From contig JAFWMS010000033.1 in the NCBI GenBank assembly GCA_017545535.1, forward strand, positions 107,981 to 171,980: 64,000 nt of DNA, read 5' to 3'. This document shows positions 55,537-64,000 of this stretch, in pieces. Origin of the DNA: Clostridia bacterium. Its GTDB lineage: Bacteria > Bacillota > Clostridia > Christensenellales > CAG-138. The notes beneath the pieces were generated by a model, which was not told where the DNA came from, searched no databases, and saw only the letters and a program-made list of their open reading frames with translations. The position numbers and the translations under genes are program-made. Position 1 is the first letter of the stretch, and each line of letters starts with the position of its first letter.

Positions 55537-55561
55537 CAGGAGCGCCATTCCTTGTTAAAAT
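55533..55561 (+). promoter_or_regulatory. Sigma-A type promoter of the tRNA cluster
   Basis: TTGACA (55533-55538), 17-nt spacer, TAAAAT (55556-55561), 22 nt before tRNA-Arg. Confidence 0.55.
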
Positions 55562-55582
55562 GTGTGACTGGAACTCCTGAAT

Positions 55583-55659
55583 GCGCCTGTAGCTCAGCAG
55601 GATAGAGCAACGGCCTTCTAAGCCGTAGGTCCAGGGTTCGAATCCCTGCAGACGCGCCA
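55583..55659 (+). tRNA. tRNA-Arg (anticodon TCT)
   Basis: Hand fold: D-arm GCTC/GAGC, anticodon stem ACGGC/GCCGT with loop CTTCTAA, T-arm CAGGG-TTCGAAT-CCCTG, encoded CCA. One C-A mismatch at acceptor pair 4:69. Confidence 0.8.
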
Positions 55660-55736
55660 AGAACGCGGTGCTCGCCGGGAGGAGACGATCGGCGAGCGCA
55701 TGCGTGTGCGGGGGAGTTCATCCGAAAAAGCTATAT

Positions 55737-55815
55737 GGTGGGCGTAGTTCAGCCTGGTTAGAATGTCAGATTGTGGCTCTGAAGGTCGTGGGTTCGAATC
55801 CCGTCGCCCACCCCA
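55737..55815 (+). tRNA. tRNA-His (anticodon GTG)
   Basis: Extra 5' G(-1) pairing with discriminator C, acceptor GTGGGCG/CGCCCAC, anticodon loop TTGTGGC, encoded CCA. Confidence 0.88.
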
Positions 55816-55836
55816 TTTTTTTCGGATGAACAGCGG

Positions 55837-55912
55837 TGGGGTGTCGCCAAGCGGTTAAGGCACAAGACTTTGACTCTTGTATGCGCAGGTTCAAATCCCG
55901 CCACCCCAGCCA
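55837..55912 (+). tRNA. tRNA-Gln (anticodon TTG)
   Basis: Acceptor TGGGGTG/CACCCCA, anticodon stem CAAGA/TCTTG with loop CTTTGAC, T-loop TTCAAAT (one A-C mismatch in the T stem), encoded CCA. Confidence 0.82.
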
Positions 55913-55916
55913 ACCT

Positions 55917-55992
55917 GACCCGTTAGCTCAGCTGGCAGAGCATTTGACTTTTAATCAAAGGGTCCGGAGTTCGAATCTCCGACGGGTCACCA
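55917..55992 (+). tRNA. tRNA-Lys (anticodon TTT)
   Basis: Acceptor GACCCGT/ACGGGTC, anticodon loop CTTTTAA, T-arm CGGAG-TTCGAAT-CTCCG, encoded CCA. Confidence 0.9.
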
Positions 55993-56004
55993 GCTTCTTG
56001 CAGC

Positions 56005-56089
<85 letters not shown>

Positions 56090-56090
56090 G

Positions 56091-56164
56091 GCAGGTATAG
56101 TGTAGCGGTAACACATTAGCCTTCCAAGCTGAGATCACGGGTTCGAGTCCCGTTACCTGCTCCA
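56091..56164 (+). tRNA. tRNA-Gly (anticodon TCC)
   Basis: Acceptor GCAGGTA/TACCTGC, anticodon loop CTTCCAA, T-arm ACGGG-TTCGAGT-CCCGT, encoded CCA. Confidence 0.9.
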
Positions 56165-56231
56165 ATTTTTGCCGGTCCGCCTGCAGGAGCGATCCTTCGG
56201 CAAGGGGCTCATAAAAATTTTTATGAACCCA

Positions 56232-56259
56232 TTGACAACCGGCGAAATTTTGTTATAAT
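56232..56259 (+). promoter_or_regulatory. Internal sigma-A type promoter inside the tRNA cluster
   Basis: TTGACA (56232-56237), 16-nt spacer, TGtTATAAT (56251-56259) in the 108-nt gap before tRNA-Gly(GCC). Confidence 0.5.
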
Positions 56260-56272
56260 AACCCATGCGCCT

Positions 56273-56348
56273 GCGGGAATAGCTCATTTGGTAGAGCGCA
56301 GCCTTGCCAAGGCTGAGGTGGCGGGTTCGAGCCCCGTTTCCCGCTCCA
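56273..56348 (+). tRNA. tRNA-Gly (anticodon GCC)
   Basis: Acceptor GCGGGAA/TTCCCGC, anticodon stem CAGCC/GGCTG with loop TTGCCAA, T-loop TTCGAGC, encoded CCA. Confidence 0.9.
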
Positions 56349-56354
56349 GCATAT

Positions 56355-56431
56355 GCCTCCTTAGCTCAGTTGGCTAGAGCACCTGACTCTTAATCAGGGT
56401 GTCCAGGGTTCGAGTCCCTGAGGGGGTACCA
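56355..56431 (+). tRNA. tRNA-Lys (anticodon CTT)
   Basis: Anticodon stem CCTGA/TCAGG with loop CTCTTAA (CTT), T-arm CAGGG-TTCGAGT-CCCTG, acceptor GCCTCCT/AGGGGGT (two G-U pairs), encoded CCA. Confidence 0.85.
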
Positions 56432-56432
56432 A

Positions 56433-56468
56433 TGAAAGAAGGATGCCATTTGGCATCCTTCTTTCATT
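56433..56468 (+). terminator. Strong terminator hairpin after the tRNA cluster
   Basis: Perfect 15-bp stem TGAAAGAAGGATGCC / GGCATCCTTCTTTCA with a 4-nt loop, starting 2 nt after the CCA end. Confidence 0.7.
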
Positions 56469-56504
56469 ATGGAAATAGGATAAGAACTCGAAGGGAGTGT
56501 GTCA

Positions 56505-56533
56505 GGGGATGCCGGCGTGCGGCATCCCCTTTC
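56505..56533 (+). terminator. Second GC-rich hairpin (terminator-like)
   Basis: GGGGATGCCG / CGGCATCCCC stem, 5-nt loop, followed by TTTCGTC. Confidence 0.5.
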
Positions 56534-56557
56534 GTCATGCCTGAGCCGCAGCGAAAG

Positions 56558-56575
56558 GAGTCCCTGAGAGATACC
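56558..56575 (+). repeat. Partial duplicate of the tRNA-Lys(CTT) 3' end (att-like)
   Basis: GAGTCCCTGAGAGATACC versus GAGTCCCTGAGGGGGTACC at 56412-56430: 11 nt exact, then degenerate. A further TTCGAGTCTCTGGAG at 56609-56623 echoes the T-loop region TTCGAGTCCCTGAGG. Confidence 0.55.
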
Positions 56576-56698
56576 TCTTCGCGCATACCGACCAAGCGAG
56601 AACGCGAATTCGAGTCTCTGGAGTGCTTTCTCCCCAACAATTCGTGCGGATACCTTAAAAATTTTTACAAATACTGTTAACAAATTATTCAAAAATAC

Positions 56699-56727
56699 TT
56701 GCCAACGGCAGGGAATGGTGTTAGAAT
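56699..56727 (+). promoter_or_regulatory. Candidate sigma-A promoter of rsmD-coaD
   Basis: TTGCCA (56699-56704), 17-nt spacer, TAGAAT (56722-56727). The leader contains two short hairpins before GGAGGG and the TTG start. Confidence 0.45.
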
Positions 56728-56792
56728 AACCCTGTTCCACAATATCTTGTGGTTTTCGGGCGTACCCGAAACCAAATGTCGGAGGGATCAGA

Positions 56793-57353
56793 TTGCGGAT
56801 CATAGCCGGTTCCGCGAAGGGAAGAAGCTTCGATGCGCCCCGGGGGCGGGATACTCGTCCTACGCTGGATCGGGTGAAGGAAGCCATCTTTGGCAGCATC
56901 CAGTTCCAGGTGCCTGGGGCGACGGTTCTCGATTTGTTCTCCGGGTCCGGGAACATGGGGCTGGAAGCCCTGTCCCGGGGGGCTGCCGCAGCGTACTGCG
57001 TGGACGCTTCTCCGGAATGCGCCGCCTTGATTCGTCAAAATGGCGAAAAACTGGGGCTTACGGACGGGCTGCATGTGCTTTGCGCCGATTATGACACGGC
57101 TCTTTCGACCATGATATCCCTGGGCAGAAAGGTGGATCTGGTCTTTTTGGACCCGCCTTACGCTTCAGACTATGCGCTGGGTGCGGTCGAACGCATTTTC
57201 CGGGAGGGACTGCTGCAAAGGGGCGGCACGGTGATCGTGGAACACGCCTTTGATCAGCCGCCTGGGCTGGGAGAAGGCCCCTGGCAGATCGCACGGATTA
57301 AGAAATACGGGATCTGCGGGGTTACGACATTGATTTGGAGGGGGCAGGAATGA
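56793..57353 (+). CDS. rsmD: 16S rRNA (guanine966-N2)-methyltransferase
   Basis: MRIIAGSAKGR...RPT.DRVKEAIF, SAM motif VLDLFSGSGNMGLEA, catalytic LDPPYA. Confidence 0.85.
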   Translation: MRIIAGSAKGRSFDAPRGRDTRPTLDRVKEAIFGSIQFQVPGATVLDLFSGSGNMGLEALSRGAAAAYCVDASPECAALIRQNGEKLGLTDGLHVLCADYDTALSTMISLGRKVDLVFLDPPYASDYALGAVERIFREGLLQRGGTVIVEHAFDQPPGLGEGPWQIARIKKYGICGVTTLIWRGQE

Positions 57354-57838
57354 CCGTCGGCGTGTATCCGGGGAGCTTCGATCCCTTTACGGTGGGGCAC
57401 CTGGATGTGCTCACCAATGCGGCTGGCCTTTTCGATTTGGTATACGTGGCCGTGCTGCACAATGTGGACAAGCGGCCCGCGTTTACGATAGAGGAACGGA
57501 TGGAGATGATCCAAAACGTTCTGACGGCCGAGCACTTCGACAATGTGCGGTGCGGCACCTTCGACGGGCTGTTGGTGGAATATGCCAGGTCCGTGAAGGC
57601 CACCCACATCGTGAGAGGGTTGCGGGCCACTTCGGATTTTGAATATGAGTTTCAGATCGACGCGGTGAACCGACATCTGGACAACTCCTTGAGAACGGTG
57701 TATTTTATGGCCTCTCCCGGCCACTCCTTCCTCAGTTCCAGCAACGTGAAGGAGATCGGCCTCTGGGGCGGCAGCATCCGGGGTCTCGTACCCTCTGTGA
57801 ATGAAGAGATAATTCGTGAAAGGTTGGCAAAAAAATGA
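57350..57838 (+). CDS. coaD: Phosphopantetheine adenylyltransferase
   Basis: VYPGSFDPFTVGHLDV (T/HxGH motif), RGLRATSDFEYE, SSSNVKE. ATGA overlap with rsmD. Confidence 0.95.
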   Translation: MTVGVYPGSFDPFTVGHLDVLTNAAGLFDLVYVAVLHNVDKRPAFTIEERMEMIQNVLTAEHFDNVRCGTFDGLLVEYARSVKATHIVRGLRATSDFEYEFQIDAVNRHLDNSLRTVYFMASPGHSFLSSSNVKEIGLWGGSIRGLVPSVNEEIIRERLAKK

Positions 57839-58770
57839 GCAGCGCACAAACGATGAAGATCTACAGCATCATCTCCCGTATCGAACAGGTGCTGAACGAC
57901 AGCCCCAAATATAAGCTGGGCGGCGGGAATAAGAAGATCGTGGAGGTCGAGGAGCTCTTCGATCTGTTAGGCGATCTTAAGGTGACCATTCCCGAGGATA
58001 TCCGCCGGGCCAGCGGAATCATCGCCGAGGAGAGCAACATCATCGCCGACGCCAACGAGCAGGCGGAGGAGACAATCAGCAAGGCCAAGGCCGATGCAGA
58101 GGATTTGATGAATCAGGCCCAGGAGGCGGCGGAGAAGGTCTACAATCAGTCCGTTCAGGAGTATGAGGCCCTCGTCTCCCAGGAATCCGTGTATCAGGAA
58201 GCGGTCGCCCGCGCCAAACAGATGCAGGATGAGGCCATGGAGAACGCCAATGCCATCACCAATGGCTCTCGTCAGTATGCGGACGATATGCTGGCCGATG
58301 TGCAGCGGTACATGAACGAGTACATCAAGATGCTCAACGCCAACCGGGAGGAGCTGAACGTACGTCCCGCCCCCGAATTCGAGGAGGAGGACGTGGAGCA
58401 GAACGTCTCTCAGCAGCGGGCCATGGAGGAGCGCCATACCGTGACCGCCGCGCCCAAGCAGCCTGCCCGGCCCGTGGCTGAGCCGGAGGAGGAAGAGGAG
58501 GAAGCTCCCCGTCCCGTGCGCAAGGAGGCGAAGAAGCCTGCCAAGCCCGCCTATGACGATGAGGAGGACGAGCCCAAGAAGCCCCGCAAGAAGGGCTGGT
58601 TCAAACGGATGCTGGAGGGCGACGATGACGAGGACGAATTCGATGACGATGAGGATTGGAGCGAGGACGACGAGCCGGTAAAGGAGGCCAAGCCCAAGAA
58701 AAAGCGTCATAAGCTTTTCGAGATCGTGGAAGTGGACGACGACGAGGATGAGGACGACTACGAAGAATAA
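57835..58770 (+). CDS. Coiled-coil protein with extremely charged disordered C-terminus (function unknown)
   Basis: 311 aa. N-terminal helical/coiled-coil region (ADANEQAEETISKAKADAEDLMNQAQEAAEK...) and a tail rich in E/D/K (EEEEEAP...DDDEDEFDDDEDWSEDDE...VDDDEDEDDYEE). ATGA overlap with coaD. Confidence 0.55.
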   Translation: MSSAQTMKIYSIISRIEQVLNDSPKYKLGGGNKKIVEVEELFDLLGDLKVTIPEDIRRASGIIAEESNIIADANEQAEETISKAKADAEDLMNQAQEAAEKVYNQSVQEYEALVSQESVYQEAVARAKQMQDEAMENANAITNGSRQYADDMLADVQRYMNEYIKMLNANREELNVRPAPEFEEEDVEQNVSQQRAMEERHTVTAAPKQPARPVAEPEEEEEEAPRPVRKEAKKPAKPAYDDEEDEPKKPRKKGWFKRMLEGDDDEDEFDDDEDWSEDDEPVKEAKPKKKRHKLFEIVEVDDDEDEDDYEE

Positions 58771-58778
58771 ACCATCGC

Positions 58779-58822
58779 GGGGCGCTTTCCGAAAGGGAGC
58801 GCCCCTTTCGCTTGCTTTTTTG
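58779..58822 (+). terminator. Rho-independent terminator
   Basis: GGGGCGCT / AGCGCCCC stem with an 11-nt loop followed by TTTCGCTTGCTTTTTT. Confidence 0.7.
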
Positions 58823-58871
58823 CATGGGATAGGGTATGATACTCTATACCTTTTTCAGGGAGATATATGGT

Positions 58872-60667
<1,796 letters not shown>

Positions 60668-60671
<4 letters not shown>

Positions 60672-61807
60672 CCGGCATCTATGTCCACATCCCCTATTGT
60701 GTGCGAAAGTGCGCCTACTGCGACTTCTGTTCCGTGCCCCGTGACGAAACGACAGAGCAGTATCCTGACGCCCTCTGCCGCGAGATCGAGCTTAGTCGGG
60801 ATCGGCTGCCCTACGAGGGGCCGGTCCCTTCCGTTTTCTTTGGGGGAGGCACCCCCACGGCCCTGCCTGCGGAGGCTTTGATACGCATATTGGAAACTGT
60901 TCGCCGGACCTACGAGGTCCGCTCCGACGCAGAGATCACCGTTGAATGCAACCCGGGCACGGCCACCTATGCCGATTTTGTGAAGCTTCGCGCCGCCGGG
61001 TTCAATCGCCTGTCCCTGGGGCTGCAATCTGCCAACGACGAACTGCTGAAAGCCGTGGGCCGCATCCACACCTATGATCAGTTTTTGACCGCCTTTCGTG
61101 CCGCCAGGGATGCGGGCTTTCAAAATATCAACGTGGATTTGATGCACGGCCTGCCGGGCCAAACCCAGGGAGACTATCTGGACACCCTCCAAAAGGTCTG
61201 TGACCTGGGGCCGGAGCATATCTCTGCCTATGCCCTGATTTTAGAGGAGGGCACGCCCCTGTATACCCAGGTGCGGGCAGGGGAGATAGCCTTGCCCGAC
61301 GAGGACGCGGTGGCGGACATGGAGGATGCGGGCATGGCCTTTCTCAAACAGCGGGGCTATGAGCGCTACGAGGTATCGAACTTCGCCAAATCTGGCTATG
61401 AGTGCCGCCATAACCTTATCTACTGGGATGATGCTCCCTATTTAGGCTTTGGCGTGGCGGCCCATTCCTCCGCCCGGGGAGAGGGGGAGTGGCTCCGTTG
61501 GTCCAATACGGAAAGCATCCCGGAATACCTGCGCAAGCTCCGTCGAGGCAAGCTTCCCACCGCCGAGACCCTTCAAATCGACAGGAAGGAGGAGTTGTTC
61601 GAGGTCATCATGCTGGGCCTGCGAAAGGTGAAGGGTATCCCCCGTCAAGCCTTTCTAAACCGCTTTGGACTGACCTTGGAGCAGGCCTTCCCGGACGCAT
61701 GGCTGAACGTGCAGGCGAACGGCTGGTGGGCCGACAGTCCCACCCATTACGCCCTGACGAAGCATGGAATGGACTATCTCAACACCGTCCTGTGCTATTT
61801 CAGGTAA
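60668..61807 (+). CDS. hemW: Radical SAM heme chaperone HemW (oxygen-independent coproporphyrinogen oxidase-like)
   Basis: [16 protein letters not shown] (CxxxCxxC), GGGTPT, HemN C-terminal domain. ATGA overlap with lepA. Conserved lepA-hemW-hrcA order. Confidence 0.9.
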
Positions 61808-61842
61808 ATGACTCATGAGAGCTTTTCCATGAGTGGATGCGC

Positions 61843-61866
61843 AGCGCCCTGCGGGGCGTTTTTTTG
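61843..61866 (+). terminator. Weak terminator after hemW
   Basis: CGCCC / GGGCG stem, 4-nt loop, then a 7-T run. Preceded by a second hairpin ACTCATG/CATGAGT (61811-61833). Confidence 0.5.
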
Positions 61867-61912
61867 TTCCCCTGAATTCACCTTGATTTCACATTGTGAG
61901 CCGGTCATTTGC

Positions 61913-61941
61913 TTGACATTGGATAATAATGGTGGTACATT
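61913..61941 (+). promoter_or_regulatory. Sigma-A type promoter of hrcA-grpE-dnaK
   Basis: TTGACA (61913-61918), 17-nt spacer, TACATT (61936-61941), followed by CIRCE. Confidence 0.55.
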
Positions 61942-61952
61942 CTCTACAGTGA

Positions 61953-61979
61953 TTAGCACTCAAAGGAATGGAGTGCTAA
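61953..61979 (+). promoter_or_regulatory. CIRCE operator (HrcA binding site)
   Basis: Perfect TTAGCACTC-N9-GAGTGCTAA, 18 nt upstream of the hrcA ATG. Confidence 0.92.
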
Positions 61980-61996
61980 AGAAAGGAGGAAACGGT

Positions 61997-63031
61997 ATGG
62001 ACCTGAACCCGAGAAAGCTGCGGATCCTTCGGGCCATCGTGGATGAGTACATCCTCTCCGGCGCCCCCGTAGGCAGCAAGGTCCTGAGCCAGAACCCCTC
62101 CTTTAAGCTCTCCTCAGCCACTATCCGCAACGAGATGGCGGATCTGGAGGACCTGGGGTATCTGGAGCAGCCTCACACCTCTGCGGGCCGGGTGCCTTCC
62201 GACAAGGCGTACCGCCTCTACGTCAACAACATGATGCAGCGGTCCAACCTGACGGAGGACGAGGTGAAGGTCATGTCGGCCTATTGCCAGAATAAGGTCA
62301 AGGGCCTGGACGCCGTCATGCGAGAGACCGCCAGCGTCCTCTCCAACATCACCCACTACACCGCTCTGGTCATGATGCCTGAGAGCGGCACCAACCGGCT
62401 GCGGCATCTGCAGCTGGTGCCCCTCGCCGAGGGGTACGCCCTGGTGGTGGTGGTCACGGATGCGGGTGTGGCCCGGGATTCCGTGATCCACGTGCCTGCC
62501 GACATGGGTGCGGACGAGCTGGACCGCATCTCCCGCAGCATCTCCCAGCGGTACTATAACTGCCGCATGGTGGAGGTGGGGGAGAGGATGACCCGGGAGA
62601 TGGCCATGGAGCTGCAGGATCGCGGCACCTTTCTGACGGATCTGGTGGACACCATGGAAAGTGCGCCGGGGGCCAACGCCCACCGGATCGCCCTCTCCGG
62701 TGCCAACAACATGCTGGACTATCCCGCCTATTCGGATATCGACCGGGCACGGCAGCTGCTGGCGGCGGTGGAGAAGAAGGATTCCATGTACAGGCTTCTG
62801 AAGAACGCCGGTCCCTTCGAGATCTGCGTGAAGATTGGGAGCGAGCTCGGGCAGGACATCTTCAGCGATTGCAGTTTGGTCACCGCCACCTACCGGATCG
62901 GCTCCATGCCCGTGGGGACCATGGGCGTCATCGGACCCACCCGGATGCCCTACGGCAAGGTGGTATCCGTGCTGGACTACATGAGTAAGAGCTTAGGCAG
63001 TATCTTAACGAATCTTTTGGAGGAAGACTGA
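61997..63031 (+). CDS. hrcA: Heat-inducible transcription repressor HrcA
   Basis: MDLNPRKLRILRAIVDEYILSGAPVGSK... Start at ATG 61997, since the track ORF extension covers the promoter and CIRCE. Confidence 0.95.
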   Translation: MDLNPRKLRILRAIVDEYILSGAPVGSKVLSQNPSFKLSSATIRNEMADLEDLGYLEQPHTSAGRVPSDKAYRLYVNNMMQRSNLTEDEVKVMSAYCQNKVKGLDAVMRETASVLSNITHYTALVMMPESGTNRLRHLQLVPLAEGYALVVVVTDAGVARDSVIHVPADMGADELDRISRSISQRYYNCRMVEVGERMTREMAMELQDRGTFLTDLVDTMESAPGANAHRIALSGANNMLDYPAYSDIDRARQLLAAVEKKDSMYRLLKNAGPFEICVKIGSELGQDIFSDCSLVTATYRIGSMPVGTMGVIGPTRMPYGKVVSVLDYMSKSLGSILTNLLEED

Positions 63032-63570
63032 TGTCGAAGAACAAGAAGAAGGCTGACGAAAAGGCGACCAAGATCCCTGTGGAATCGCCCGAAGAGCATC
63101 CGGTGGAGAACGAGGAAGTGAAGAAGCTTCAGGAGGAGCTGGAGAAGAAGCAGCAGGAGCTGGACGATACCATCCGCCTTTTGCAGCGGAACCAGGCGGA
63201 CTTTGAGAACTTCCGCCGCCGGAACAACAGCGTCCGGGCCGAGAGCTATGAGAACGGCAAGCGGGACGCGGTGTCGGAGCTGTTGCCGTCCCTGGACGAC
63301 TTCGATCGGATCGTATCGAATGCCGATAAGGCGGACGAAGCCTGGGTGGAGGGCGTGAAGCTGGTCTACCGCAAGTTCACCGACGAGCTCAAGAAACTGG
63401 GCCTTTCGGAGATCGAGGCGGAGGGCAAGTTCGATCCCAATCTCCACAACGCCGTTCTTTCCGAAGCGGCCGATGGGGTGGAGAGCGAAACGATTTTGGC
63501 GGTACTCCAAAAGGGGTACAGGATGGGCGACAAGATCCTGCGTCACAGCATGGTCAAGGTGTCCGAGTAA
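63031..63570 (+). CDS. grpE: Nucleotide exchange factor GrpE
   Basis: 179 aa, coiled-coil N-terminus, RLLQRNQADFENFRRR, DPNLHNAV and LQKGY..GDKILRHSMVKV motifs. Confidence 0.95.
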   Translation: MSKNKKKADEKATKIPVESPEEHPVENEEVKKLQEELEKKQQELDDTIRLLQRNQADFENFRRRNNSVRAESYENGKRDAVSELLPSLDDFDRIVSNADKADEAWVEGVKLVYRKFTDELKKLGLSEIEAEGKFDPNLHNAVLSEAADGVESETILAVLQKGYRMGDKILRHSMVKVSE

Positions 63571-63652
63571 AGGAAAAAACAGCTGAACCCTAAAGATACG
63601 GCGAGGCTGAAAAAGCATAGACTATACCATTCATCAGGAGGAAAAGAAAACT

Positions 63653-64000
63653 ATGGGTAAGATCATCGGTATCGATTTAGGCACAACCAATTCCTGCGTC
63701 TCCGTCCTGGAGGGCGGTGAACCGGTCGTTATCCCCAACAGCGAGGGCGCGCGCACCCCGCCTTCCGTGGTGGCGTTCAAGGACGGCGAGCGCCTCGTAG
63801 GCACCATCGCCAAGCGTCAGGCCATCACCAACCCCACCCGCACCGTAGCTTCCATCAAGCGGGATATGGGCAGCAACCGTAAGGTCCACATCGACGGCAA
63901 GGACTACACGCCTCAGGAGATCTCCGCCATGATCCTGCAGAAGCTGAAGCAGGATGCGGAAGCGTACCTGGGCGAGAAGGTGACCCAGGCGGTAATCAAC
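63653..64000 (+). CDS. dnaK: Molecular chaperone DnaK (N-terminal part, continues past the window end)
   Basis: Translation from ATG 63653: [42 protein letters not shown]... AGGAGG Shine-Dalgarno upstream. Confidence 0.95.
   Translation, partial: MGKIIGIDLGTTNSCVSVLEGGEPVVIPNSEGARTPPSVVAFKDGERLVGTIAKRQAITNPTRTVASIKRDMGSNRKVHIDGKDYTPQEISAMILQKLKQDAEAYLGEKVTQAVIN

Noticed and set aside
56355-56431. Possible second tRNA-Arg(TCT)
   Set aside because: On re-folding, the 7-nt anticodon loop is CTCTTAA, so positions 34-36 are CTT. It is tRNA-Lys(CTT).
56390-57094. ORFs of 93-188 aa on both strands across tRNA-Lys, the non-coding gap and the 5' end of rsmD
   Set aside because: They span a tRNA, two terminator hairpins and a promoter, have no Shine-Dalgarno or domains, and partly overlap rsmD.

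Overview
The window is a chromosomal segment from a high-GC, endospore-forming Firmicute. By inference only, it looks Clostridia/Oscillospirales-like. Sampled 60-nt lines are mostly around 60-67% G+C.

Most of it is conserved housekeeping and sporulation synteny, largely on the + strand. Many ATGA/GTGA stop-start overlaps indicate long translationally coupled operons. The main blocks in order are:
- rpsT (partial), an S9 peptidase, and a response regulator / histidine kinase / lipoprotein operon
- CIRCE-groES-groEL
- der-plsY
- spoIIAA-spoIIAB-sigF
- murB-rapZ-whiA and hslO
- tRNA-Ser
- a five-gene minus-strand block of poorly characterised genes
- U32 peptidase, then spoIIIAA-AH, Asp23/AmaP/DUF2273, nusB, a TsaD-like gene, xseAB, ispA, dxs, tlyA, nadK, argR and recN
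- a DUF1538/PII-like pair
- queA-tgt-tsaE-tsaB-rimI
- an 8-tRNA cluster
- rsmD-coaD, then lepA-hemW, then CIRCE-hrcA-grpE-dnaK (partial)

The clear accessory signal is at about 53.86-55.56 kb. It is a roughly 1-kb AT-rich cassette (about 35-37% G+C in hand-counted lines) between a SEC-C gene and the tRNA operon promoter. The cassette holds three things:
- a 5'-truncated RHS/YD-repeat core end fused to a C-terminal domain of about 165 aa that I cannot assign
- an ATGA-coupled polytopic membrane protein, a candidate immunity protein
- a second RHS repeat remnant

This is the architecture of an orphan polymorphic-toxin/immunity module.

Secondary observations:
- att-like partial duplications of tRNA 3' ends about 146-149 nt downstream of tRNA-Ser and tRNA-Lys(CTT)
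- a 57-aa SpoIIIAF lacking the soluble domain
- a fused double-DUF1538 membrane protein with a tandem PII-like partner
- an E2-type acyltransferase homolog with DERICDG in place of the DHRxxDG motif
- a divergent TsaD-like gene sitting away from a tsaE-tsaB-rimI operon that lacks tsaD

The many very long antisense ORFs in the track are GC-driven shadow frames and were rejected. No CRISPR array, rRNA, transposase or integrase gene was seen.
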